Source: Chlamydiota bacterium (GTDB lineage Bacteria; Chlamydiota; Chlamydiia; Chlamydiales; RGXB01). Taken from it: 64,000 bases of DNA. How positions within the stretch are numbered: the stretch's first letter is position 1; each line of letters begins with the position of its first letter. Made by a program: the position numbers and the translations under genes. The stretch spans positions 32,001-96,000 of the forward strand of contig CANLTW010000001.1 in assembly GCA_947494155.1 (NCBI GenBank), written 5' to 3'. Below, piece by piece: positions 48,434 through 57,165 of the stretch. The notes beneath the pieces are model-generated. The model searched no databases, was not told the DNA's origin, and saw only the letters and a list, made by a program, of their open reading frames with translations.

Positions 48434-49274
48434 CGCTGTAGATTTAGAAATTCTCATGATGGGGTATGCCCACTTCGATGGGGATTTTTCTCAAATGAAA
48501 CAGACCCTTGAGGATCTCCCCTCCCACCCTCTCAATAGTTTCCCCAAAGAACATTTAGCTAAAGTTTTCCATTCCATGGAGCACTCCTCACAAGATCTTT
48601 TTTCTCTTCTCCCCTTAAAAGCACAAGAGGCGGTTCTGGATGCGCAATCCATGCTGAAAAAAATGCAAAAGACGTTGCACGATCACCCTGACTCGATGGA
48701 AGCAAAAATCGATGCGCTGATTGTATATGTCGGTGATGACCCCTACCGTCTTATTGATGAACTAGTCATGGATGCAAAAGAGTCGCTACCCTATCTTCAA
48801 AAAGCTCTAAATAACCCCCTACTTAATGATCCCCTCTATCCCGGATTTGGTGTATCTATCCCCAGAATTGCTGATGCGCTCAAGGGGATACAAGATCCCA
48901 TAGCGATCCCCCACCTCTTTCAAGCGCTACTAGAACAAAACAACAGAAATGAGGATCCCCTCCTCGATGCTTTAGCCTCTTTTGAAGCAGATGCGAGAAA
49001 TTTTTTAATGGACATTTTAGAAAAGCGCCCGTTTAGCCTAGAGTCCAGTTACGCAGCAAAAGCGCTTAATTTCCTGAAAAATGGGGATGTTGGGCTTGCT
49101 GCTATCGATCATCTATGTGATAACGAGGTGATCAAACATCCTGCTCTGGTCAATTATTTGATTCTTTTATTAGATCATCTCCCCATGGAGGAGCGCTCCT
49201 CGCTGTTGACTCAGCTTTTAGAAGAGACTCATTTCTCTGAGGCACATAAAAAAGAGATTCGTTTGATGATTTAA
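48408..49274 (+). CDS. Hypothetical all-helical (HEAT-like) protein
   Basis: Overlaps lipA; 'AIPHLFQAL', 'AAKAL' HEAT-like helices; function not recognised. Confidence 0.6.
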   Translation: MQNKLPFTDAVDLEILMMGYAHFDGDFSQMKQTLEDLPSHPLNSFPKEHLAKVFHSMEHSSQDLFSLLPLKAQEAVLDAQSMLKKMQKTLHDHPDSMEAKIDALIVYVGDDPYRLIDELVMDAKESLPYLQKALNNPLLNDPLYPGFGVSIPRIADALKGIQDPIAIPHLFQALLEQNNRNEDPLLDALASFEADARNFLMDILEKRPFSLESSYAAKALNFLKNGDVGLAAIDHLCDNEVIKHPALVNYLILLLDHLPMEERSSLLTQLLEETHFSEAHKKEIRLMI

Positions 49275-49283
49275 AGAGCTTTG

Positions 49284-49311
49284 TTGACAATTTAAGCGCA
49301 TTCCTTAGAGT
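49284..49311 (+). promoter_or_regulatory. Sigma70-type promoter of glgC
   Basis: TTGACA-N16-TAGAGT ending 6 nt before the ATG. Confidence 0.55.
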
Positions 49312-49317
49312 GAGGTT

Positions 49318-50547
49318 ATGGATCTCACCCTCATTATTCTTGCCGGGGGCAAGGGAGAAAGGCTAAAACCACTCACACAATATGTAGCTAAGCCGGCCGT
49401 CTCATTTGCCGATATGCGAATCATTGATATTTCACTTTCTCACGCTATCAAATCGCACCCTAAAGAGATTTTTGTGATTACCCAGTATCTCGCCGATACA
49501 ATAGAAAATTATATTTATGCCCACTATCCAATTGATCCTAATGCCCATTACAAGCTGAGCATTTTAAGCCCACAGGAGGATCCTAACGGAAACCTGTTGT
49601 TCTTCAAGGGGACTGCAGATGCCATCAGAAAAAATCTGGATCATCTTATACGGGCGAAAACAAAATACACCATGATCCTTTCAGGGGATCAACTTTTCAA
49701 TATGGATCTTTTCAAAGTCAAAGATCTGATTGAAAAACTCTCTACCGATCTTTGTATCTGCTGCCATCCAGTAACAAGAGAGGATGCTCCACGGTTAGGG
49801 ATTTTAAAGGTCAATTCGTCCCATTTTATCACCGAATTTCATGAAAAACCCCAAGACACAAAAGTTTTAGACCCCCTAGCCTCTTTAGAGGGAGATCGCC
49901 CCTTTTTAGCCTCGATGGGGCTCTATCTGTTTAAAACCGATGCCCTCATTCACCTGCTTACAACTCAAAAAGGGGACGATTTTGGCAAAGACCTGATCCC
50001 TAATCTCATCCCCAAAGGGAATGTCGGGGGGTACATTTACGAGCACTACTGGGAGGATATTGGCACGGTAAAATCCTATTTCGATGCCTGTTTGCTCCTT
50101 GCTACCGGAAAATCCGGATTGAAATTTGACGACCCCCACCATCCTATCCTAGTACCCCCCCATTTCACAGCACCGGCCCAGTTCCATTCCAACAAAATTG
50201 ATGCATCGATGGTCTGCCAAGGGACCAAAATCGGGATGGGGACAACTATTCTCTCCTCTCTTATTGGTCCTAAAAGTTGGATCGGCAAAAATTGCCATAT
50301 CGAACACTCGGTAGTTGTGGGGCACCAGCCTTATAACACAACAAAATACGAGACCTTTTCCACAAAAATACATGATGGTTGCCAGCTAAAAAATGTCCTT
50401 GTAGATGCAGAAACCATTTTGGATGAAGGGGTCGTTCTCCTAAATGAAAAACATCTCCAAACTTTTGAGGATCCCTATATAGTTCTTGTAGATGGGATCA
50501 TAGTGACAAAAAGATTTGCCCACATCCCAAAAAACTATCGCTTTTAG
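49318..50547 (+). CDS. glgC: Glucose-1-phosphate adenylyltransferase
   Basis: ILAGGKGERL.PLT..VAKPAV, GTADAIR, ILSGDQ, FHEKP, ASMGLY, DFGKDLIP, YWEDIGT. Confidence 0.96.
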   Translation: MDLTLIILAGGKGERLKPLTQYVAKPAVSFADMRIIDISLSHAIKSHPKEIFVITQYLADTIENYIYAHYPIDPNAHYKLSILSPQEDPNGNLLFFKGTADAIRKNLDHLIRAKTKYTMILSGDQLFNMDLFKVKDLIEKLSTDLCICCHPVTREDAPRLGILKVNSSHFITEFHEKPQDTKVLDPLASLEGDRPFLASMGLYLFKTDALIHLLTTQKGDDFGKDLIPNLIPKGNVGGYIYEHYWEDIGTVKSYFDACLLLATGKSGLKFDDPHHPILVPPHFTAPAQFHSNKIDASMVCQGTKIGMGTTILSSLIGPKSWIGKNCHIEHSVVVGHQPYNTTKYETFSTKIHDGCQLKNVLVDAETILDEGVVLLNEKHLQTFEDPYIVLVDGIIVTKRFAHIPKNYRF

Positions 50548-50617
50548 TTTCAGATCCTTGATTTACCCAAACCTGATGCCCTATACTCTTTAAAATTGAC
50601 GATTTAAGGCACCTCTT

Positions 50618-51358
50618 ATGAATATCTTTGCGATCGCAGATTTGCACTTAGCTCTAGGTGTTCCCCAAAAAAGAATGGGAGACAAGTGGCAAGTTTGGCA
50701 TGAGCATGAGCAAAAACTCTACGATAATTTTCACCGTCTTGTTTCCCCAAACGATCTAGTTTTATTGCCCGGGGATATCTCGTGGGCTATGAACCTTGAA
50801 GAGGCTAAACCCGACTTTGAATTTCTTTCACAACTCCCCGGCAAAAAAGTCCTTTTAAAGGGGAATCACGACTACTGGTGGCCCTCAGATAAAAAACTCA
50901 CCGAATTTCTCGACCCCTCTATCACCTTCATTCACAAAAACGCATTAGAGATTTCAGGTGTTTCTATCGGGGGAAGTCGCCTATGGGAAAATGATGAGAT
51001 CAGCTCCGCGTCGATTATGGATTTTGTTCCGGGATCAAAGCACGAAAAAAAACTTCTTACTGAGCTCGACCAAAAAAAATTTTTACAAGAATATGACCAG
51101 TTGGAACACAGCCTTTTGCAAATGCCTTCTGGAAAGCTACGCATAGCGATGACCCACTACCCTCCTATCGAGCCCACCCTGGCTAGCTCAAGATTCTCCC
51201 CTCTTTTTGAAAAATACCACATTCAACATGTTCTTTTTGGGCATATCCATAACGCAAAAAAAATGCCCCTTTACGGGGAAAAAAATGGGGTCCATTACCA
51301 TTTGGTAGCAGCCGATTATCTAAACTTTTGCCCCAAACAAATCGCTACCCTTCCCTAG
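50618..51358 (+). CDS. Calcineurin-like metallophosphoesterase
   Basis: ADLH, PGDISWA, KGNHDYW, THYPP, FGHIH. Confidence 0.92.
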   Translation: MNIFAIADLHLALGVPQKRMGDKWQVWHEHEQKLYDNFHRLVSPNDLVLLPGDISWAMNLEEAKPDFEFLSQLPGKKVLLKGNHDYWWPSDKKLTEFLDPSITFIHKNALEISGVSIGGSRLWENDEISSASIMDFVPGSKHEKKLLTELDQKKFLQEYDQLEHSLLQMPSGKLRIAMTHYPPIEPTLASSRFSPLFEKYHIQHVLFGHIHNAKKMPLYGEKNGVHYHLVAADYLNFCPKQIATLP

Positions 51359-51366
51359 AAATGAAA

Positions 51367-51387
51367 AAGGGCCCTTGAAAGGCCCTT
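51367..51387. terminator. Hairpin between convergent genes
   Basis: AAGGGCC-cttgaaa-GGCCCTT with a flanking A-run (T-run on the minus strand). Confidence 0.6.
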
Positions 51388-51410
51388 AGTAAGCTAAGAT
51401 CAAAAAAGAG

Positions 51411-52376
51411 TTAGGCTCTTTCGACAATTTTCTTGAAATGGGAACAGGCATTATCTTGAGGATGTAAACGTCTTTTCTCATCGATTTGAGAACGGCTATC
51501 CAAGATCTTTTTGATCTCCATCATTTCCCTTAACCTGTCTTTTTCTTCAAAAAATTCTTGGGCGACAGTGAGCAATTCCACAAAGTCGGCCTCCTCTTTG
51601 GAGAAATCTACAGTGTGGGACAGCAAGGGGAAAAATCTATCGCTCTCCTCCTCTTTCAACACATGTAAAACCTCTAAAGAGAATTCAAAATCTTTAGATT
51701 CTAGCGCTAGATCAGACAAGTTTTCCAACCGAGATTCTTCAGCTCCTTTAAGGTAATATACCAGTAAAGAAAACCAATGAGGTTTGCTGAGGTAATCAAA
51801 AAAGAGCTCAATGAACTCTTCTGCTAAAATCTCCTGTGAATTATCGATAAGATCAGCAATAAAATCATAAATGAATCCCTCGAGATCGTAGGCAAAATAG
51901 CGGGATATTTTTTCCAGGATTTCGCTCGGATTTTTCACTCCCGATAAATTTTCCCTCAGAATATGGACAAGTTGCTTCAAATGAGGGACGATTTCGGCCC
52001 AATTTTTTCCTGAAGTTGCTTCATATTTTTGAATGAGCGTATCAAACTCGTCAGCAAAAATAGAAAGGCACCCTTTTTTGTCCATGTGTCTTTTGCACAA
52101 TTCAAATAAAATCAAGTAGACATTTTCCACTTTTTCAGGGCTGTCCGTTTCTAAAGTTACAGCCTCTAAAAAGTCTTCCGGTGTCTCAATCTCTTCTAAA
52201 TATTTTTTTAAATTTGCGCTGGTAACAGGCACCTTTAGCACCTGTAAACGTTGGAAAAGATCTTTGTCGGAAACTGCCAATAGATCTTCCACCATCCATT
52301 TTTCATGGGGGGTAGAAGGATCCCAAGCAACCTGGGCTTTAAGTAGATTATAGTGTGCTTTGATCTCTTTTTTCAT
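51411..52376 (-). CDS. Acidic helical hypothetical protein
   Basis: 321-aa ORF with protein-like composition, divergent from the pseudopilin cluster; no motif recognised. Confidence 0.7.
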   Translation of the reverse strand: MKKEIKAHYNLLKAQVAWDPSTPHEKWMVEDLLAVSDKDLFQRLQVLKVPVTSANLKKYLEEIETPEDFLEAVTLETDSPEKVENVYLILFELCKRHMDKKGCLSIFADEFDTLIQKYEATSGKNWAEIVPHLKQLVHILRENLSGVKNPSEILEKISRYFAYDLEGFIYDFIADLIDNSQEILAEEFIELFFDYLSKPHWFSLLVYYLKGAEESRLENLSDLALESKDFEFSLEVLHVLKEEESDRFFPLLSHTVDFSKEEADFVELLTVAQEFFEEKDRLREMMEIKKILDSRSQIDEKRRLHPQDNACSHFKKIVERA

Positions 52377-52424
52377 TCTATCTTTAGGTTTATCTTAAGG
52401 GTAGGCTATGATATTAACGATAAA

Positions 52425-52820
52425 GTGAAAAAGATCAAACGAAAATCCTTTCTTGTTGTTGAGGTTTTACTAGCCTTTTTACTTGTAGTGATCCTCCTTT
52501 CTACCCTCATACAGGCACCCAATTCCCTTTATAAATCATTGAAAATCAATCAAAAAAAGATCGATTTTTTTTTCGAGAGAAACATTTTGATCCACGATTT
52601 GATGCTCCATTTAGACCAAAAAAAAACCCTAAAAAATGGGGAAGAGATCACCCTAGACAAAAAAAATTTTCAATCCCGCACTGTCAAGATCCATTACACA
52701 TTCGAACCTACCGATCCCTGTTGTAGACTGGAATGCACCCTATATCTTAAGACCCATGAGGGGCATGAAGATACCAGTGTGGCTTTTTTGGTGGTAAAAC
52801 CAAGAAAATCAATAAGATAA
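52425..52820 (+). CDS. Prepilin-type (class III signal) minor pseudopilin-like protein
   Basis: From GTG 52425: 'MKKIKRKS|FLVVEVLLAFLLVVILL' with basic leader, F+1, E+5 and hydrophobic helix. Confidence 0.6.
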   Translation: MKKIKRKSFLVVEVLLAFLLVVILLSTLIQAPNSLYKSLKINQKKIDFFFERNILIHDLMLHLDQKKTLKNGEEITLDKKNFQSRTVKIHYTFEPTDPCCRLECTLYLKTHEGHEDTSVAFLVVKPRKSIR

Positions 52821-52859
52821 TCTTTGCATTAAACAATCCTTATCCTCTATGAAAAGATC

Positions 52860-54707
52860 ATGGAAGAGCCACAATTTAAGCCTTATATCGGACACAAGCA
52901 ATCTGGAAAAGAATTTACCCTTCGCGCCGTCATTTTAGGGATTATCCTCGGATTTATCTTCGCTGTGGGGAATGCCTATCTAGGTCTCAAGATCGGGATG
53001 ACGATTTCGGCATCCATCCCCGCTGCGGTATTTTCGATGACCATAATGAAAATTTTATTCAAAGACGGGTTTATTTTAGAACATAACCTCGTGCAAACGA
53101 TGGCCTCTGTGGGTGAGGCCATTGCTGCGAGCGTAATTTTCGTTTTCCCCGCCTTCTTTTTTTTAGGTCTTACTCCCAGCTCCTTTGAAATTTTTCTTTT
53201 AATACTCATTGGTGGAGTGACCGGTATCCTTTTTATGATACCCATGCGCCGTTATGTAATTGTTAAGGAGCATGGCAAACTTATTTTTCCTGAAGGGACC
53301 GCTTGCGCAGAGATTTTGCGTGCTGGTGAAGAAAAAGGGCATGCCGGAGCACTCGTTGCCGGTCTTGGTCTTCTAATAGGTGCCGTGTGCAAATTTTTTA
53401 TCTCCGGGTTAAAAATTTTTGAGGAAAACATCCAATTTAACCTATTTAAACCCAACGGCGTCCTCACTTTTGAGGCGACTCCCTCTTTGATTGGTGTCGG
53501 ATTTATTATTGGACCTAGGATAGCAAGCTACATGTTTGCAGGTGGACTCATGGGGTGGTGGATTTTGATCCCCCTCATTTCTACCTTTGGTGTTTCAGAT
53601 ACGGTCATCTATCCAGCATCTGTAGATGTCGATTCTCTCGACTCCTACGGAATATGGAGTAATTACATCCGCTATGTCGGTGCCGGAGCAGTTGCCGTAG
53701 GGGGCCTTTTTAGCCTCATCAAAATAGCGCCAATAGCCACAAGCTCCCTTTACGAGGGGTTCAAAGATCTATTTAAAGGGCTTAAACATGCGGCCGATGT
53801 TCAACGCACCGATCGGGATATCCCTATGGGATTTCTTATTCTAGGCTCTATTGTCTCGGTATTTTTGATCTGGGCATTGCCCATTTTTCAAATGAATCTT
53901 GTCGCAACGATCCTCACCGTAATTTTAGCATTCTTTTTTACGGGTGTTGTCTCCATCACGGTCGGTCTCGTCGGCAGCTCGACGAACCCCACATCGGGGA
54001 TGTTGATCACCTCGCTTTTGATTACCTGCACCCTATTTTTTGTATTAGGTTGGACCGAAAAAATCTATTTGGCCATGAGTTTGACAAGTGTCGCTTTTAT
54101 CAGCGTAGCGATTTGTTTAGCCTCTGCGACCTCACAAGACCTTAAAACCGGATTTCTCCTTGGTGCCACCCCGGCCAAGCTCCAGATTGCGGAAATGATC
54201 GGATTGATCTTGCCAGCATTGGTAATGGGTTCGATTCTCCACCTGCTCAACCAAGCCTACGGCCTAGGTTCGGTGGATCTGCCCGCACCGCAGGCGACTC
54301 TATTATCTTTTATCGCTAACGGCATCTTGAAAGGGCAGCTCCCCTATATTTTTGTGCTCATCGGTATTTTTCTAGGCCTTATTTTAGCCCTAATGCGGCT
54401 CCCTATTCTTCCGTTTGCAATCGGTCTATATCTCCCGTTAGATCTGTCTGCAACAATTATGCTGGGCGGAATAGTCCATCTTTTCATAAAAAAACTCCAA
54501 CGCCCTACACAAAAAGGGGTCTTGGCAGCTTCGGGGCTTGTAGCCGGTGATGCATGCATGGGGGTTCTTGTCGCTCTTTTATCTATTTTAGGAGTGCTCC
54601 CCAATAAACCACTCGCTCTCTTTTCTGATACTGCTAGTTTCTTAGCCCTTTTTGCTATAGCGGTACTATTGGCAATTATGGCTTACCAAAAAAAGAGATC
54701 CATCTAA
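52860..54707 (+). CDS. OPT-family oligopeptide transporter
   Basis: 'EFTLRAVILG', 'NAYLGLKIG..ISASIPAAV', 'FPEGTACAE', 'QDLKTGFLLGATP', 'APQATL'. Confidence 0.95.
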   Translation: MEEPQFKPYIGHKQSGKEFTLRAVILGIILGFIFAVGNAYLGLKIGMTISASIPAAVFSMTIMKILFKDGFILEHNLVQTMASVGEAIAASVIFVFPAFFFLGLTPSSFEIFLLILIGGVTGILFMIPMRRYVIVKEHGKLIFPEGTACAEILRAGEEKGHAGALVAGLGLLIGAVCKFFISGLKIFEENIQFNLFKPNGVLTFEATPSLIGVGFIIGPRIASYMFAGGLMGWWILIPLISTFGVSDTVIYPASVDVDSLDSYGIWSNYIRYVGAGAVAVGGLFSLIKIAPIATSSLYEGFKDLFKGLKHAADVQRTDRDIPMGFLILGSIVSVFLIWALPIFQMNLVATILTVILAFFFTGVVSITVGLVGSSTNPTSGMLITSLLITCTLFFVLGWTEKIYLAMSLTSVAFISVAICLASATSQDLKTGFLLGATPAKLQIAEMIGLILPALVMGSILHLLNQAYGLGSVDLPAPQATLLSFIANGILKGQLPYIFVLIGIFLGLILALMRLPILPFAIGLYLPLDLSATIMLGGIVHLFIKKLQRPTQKGVLAASGLVAGDACMGVLVALLSILGVLPNKPLALFSDTASFLALFAIAVLLAIMAYQKKRSI

Positions 54708-54750
54708 TCCATTTTGAAAAAAATCTTCTTCTGGAATTATACTTTCCCTG

Positions 54751-55365
54751 ATGAAGATAACAAAAAAATCTTTAAAAGGGTTTACCCTAATTGAAGCGAT
54801 GATTGCTCTTCTCTTATCGGGAATCCTTTTTTATGTTCTAAGCGGCTGGATCACCTTCTTTTCGTTTGCCTCAAAAAATTTAACTCAGATTACAACGGAC
54901 TTTTTTCCACAAAGTCTTGTGCACCTAAAAAGAGCTCTGAACAATATCGACTATGATGTGGCCCCTTTAAGGCTGGATGCAACATCAAAAGAGTGTAGTT
55001 TTGCCTACAGGCCCCAGGGACTTGAGAGAAAAAAAAACCCTACAGTCTTTGCTAGACTGTTTGTTTTTGAAGATCGGTTGTACTTGGAGAAACGGGGAGA
55101 GGATAACCGTCTTATAGAAAAAGTTCCCCTTCTTAAACAGACAGAGAATCTCAAAATCACCCTTTTAGGATTCCTCTTTCAGGAGAAGATAACCTCTTTT
55201 GTGGAGCTAGAAGAACTCAAACCCTCGGATTCATTTATCCCCATCTCGATACGATTGGAAACAAAGAACAAAAACTTTGATGTGGATCTTCCCACTCTTT
55301 ACGCAGAAAACCTCCTATTGCAACTACACCTTTCACCCACTAAAAAGGGGACACCATGCAGCTAA
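54751..55365 (+). CDS. Type II secretion pseudopilin-like protein (GspJ-like)
   Basis: Canonical 'KG|FTLIEAMIALLL' N-methylation motif. Confidence 0.75.
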   Translation: MKITKKSLKGFTLIEAMIALLLSGILFYVLSGWITFFSFASKNLTQITTDFFPQSLVHLKRALNNIDYDVAPLRLDATSKECSFAYRPQGLERKKNPTVFARLFVFEDRLYLEKRGEDNRLIEKVPLLKQTENLKITLLGFLFQEKITSFVELEELKPSDSFIPISIRLETKNKNFDVDLPTLYAENLLLQLHLSPTKKGTPCS

Positions 55366-56288
55366 TTCCTTTCGTTCTCGTGGTTTTTTTCCTTTTGTCT
55401 CTGACAACACTCTCGTCGTATAATAAAGTAAGTCGCCACATCCAATTTCAAGAGCGAGTTCTTTATCACCTATCGATAGAGCAAAAACTTCAGCAAGAGG
55501 CTCTTGACACCTTTTTTGAAGCCAGTTTCAAGCAAGAAAACGAAAATAAAAAAAAGACGAAAAACCGTACCTCCATTTTCCACAACCGGCGTGAAAAAGG
55601 GTATCTGCTCAACTCACGACTTGTCATCAAACCCCTTTTTACTCGCAATGATCCTGTTTTAAAAAAATTGGCTTCACGATTTTTGCAACTTTTATACCCC
55701 TCCTCCCTTGGCTTTGATAGCGATGCTTTATTGGAGGAAATCTTAGAAAAGGGGGCTCAAATCATCGAATCTAAACCTAAAACCCCCTTTTTTACCCTCT
55801 ACGATCTCATAGAACCCTCCCAAGAGCTTTTGCGCGCCATCGAGGGAAAACCGGGTTACCGTTTCGGTCAAAAAGATTCCTATCCCCCTTTAGGCGACTA
55901 CCTGGAAATTTTCCCCAAATCAGATAGGAGCCCCGTTTGTTCACTCTTTGCCTCTACTCCTCTCCTTTTTGCCCTTTTTTCTGAAAAGGGATCCAAAAAA
56001 ATTCTTGAAGAAGAGTCAAAACGTTTTTTAGAGGATAAACACTCCCCCTATTGCAATAAAAAAGATCTCCAGGAACTCTTTTTAAGCGACACTACCATCG
56101 ATACTAAAATTTGGTCGCTTATCGCTGATCAGACGATGAGGGGATCAAAAGAGGGGGAACTGGAGCTGATTGTTATTGACCCTAAGTTACGACTTGAGGC
56201 TCGCGGTACGTTGCGTACATTTCCGCTAAAGAGAGGTGACTTGCAAGAGGGAGCTCCATCACAAACTCCGTCCATTCCTGGTGTTTAG
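55356..56288 (+). CDS. Hypothetical protein with N-terminal hydrophobic helix, possibly GspK-like
   Basis: Overlaps the pseudopilin gene; size and N-terminal anchor are compatible with GspK (positional inference only). Confidence 0.5.
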   Translation: MQLIPFVLVVFFLLSLTTLSSYNKVSRHIQFQERVLYHLSIEQKLQQEALDTFFEASFKQENENKKKTKNRTSIFHNRREKGYLLNSRLVIKPLFTRNDPVLKKLASRFLQLLYPSSLGFDSDALLEEILEKGAQIIESKPKTPFFTLYDLIEPSQELLRAIEGKPGYRFGQKDSYPPLGDYLEIFPKSDRSPVCSLFASTPLLFALFSEKGSKKILEEESKRFLEDKHSPYCNKKDLQELFLSDTTIDTKIWSLIADQTMRGSKEGELELIVIDPKLRLEARGTLRTFPLKRGDLQEGAPSQTPSIPGV

Positions 56289-57039
56289 AAAAAACAGAGA
56301 TTTCCCCCCGATGGTTCTCAACAATTTTTTTCACAATCGATAAGCCAAGACCGGCGCCCCCTAAACGTCGAGAGTGCGTTTTATCTACTGTGTAAAATCG
56401 ATCGAAAAGATGCGGGAGATCTTTTTCAGGTATCCCCATTCCCTCATCCTTAATCTTGATTTTACAACTTTGCTCCCCAACTTCCAGGCGGATAGCGATT
56501 CGAGCAGCCCCCTTAGAATATTTAACAGCATTTTCTAAAAGATTTCTTAGTGCGAGTTCGAGAAGGTCCAAATTTGCCCAAATACGAATACTGGAATCTT
56601 TAAGGTAGGTTTCAATTGTTGCCTCCTGGTGAATAGAGATCAAATTGTAGCTCACCTCATCTATGATTTGCACAAGATCACAATCCTCAAATCCCCCTTT
56701 AGGACAATTTTCTAAATCGGCTAAAAGCAGAAGACTTTTTACTAAGGATTCCATCCGCTCACAGCTCTTGAGCATTTTTTTTAGGATTTCACTAAAAAGA
56801 TCCTGCGAGATCTCGGGCATGTCCCGCATAGTCTCTAAAAAGCCTTTGATGATCGTTATAGGGGTTCTCAGCTCGTGAGAGGCGTTAGCAACAAAATCCC
56901 GCCCTACGTCCAAACGCTCCTGTCTTAAAACCAACCCCTCCTCTTTACGCTCCATTTTAGAGATTTTTAATTGTCTTGATAGGGTAATTCCCCAACTGAA
57001 ACTTAGAATAAAGGCGAAAAGTAAAATTAAGGTGATCAT
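56182..57039 (-). CDS. Sensor histidine kinase (PhoR/WalK-like HisKA + HATPase)
   Basis: H-box 'FVANASHELRTPIT', N-box 'NLLENAVKYS', 'DEGMGI', 'FDRFYTVD', 'GAGLGLSIVK'. Confidence 0.93.
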   Translation of the reverse strand: MITLILLFAFILSFSWGITLSRQLKISKMERKEEGLVLRQERLDVGRDFVANASHELRTPITIIKGFLETMRDMPEISQDLFSEILKKMLKSCERMESLVKSLLLLADLENCPKGGFEDCDLVQIIDEVSYNLISIHQEATIETYLKDSSIRIWANLDLLELALRNLLENAVKYSKGAARIAIRLEVGEQSCKIKIKDEGMGIPEKDLPHLFDRFYTVDKTHSRRLGGAGLGLSIVKKIVENHRGEISVFSKHQEWTEFVMELPLASHLSLAEMYATYREPQVVT

Positions 57040-57165
57040 AGTTTCTTTTTGCTTAGATAGGTTCTAGCCTTGGAATTTTAACCCTTTTTCCGTTGATTTG
57101 CACCTAAAAACTCTTTGGCAACGAATCGAGCAAATTTTTTTAAGAAACAAAAAAGGGTCTTAGGT

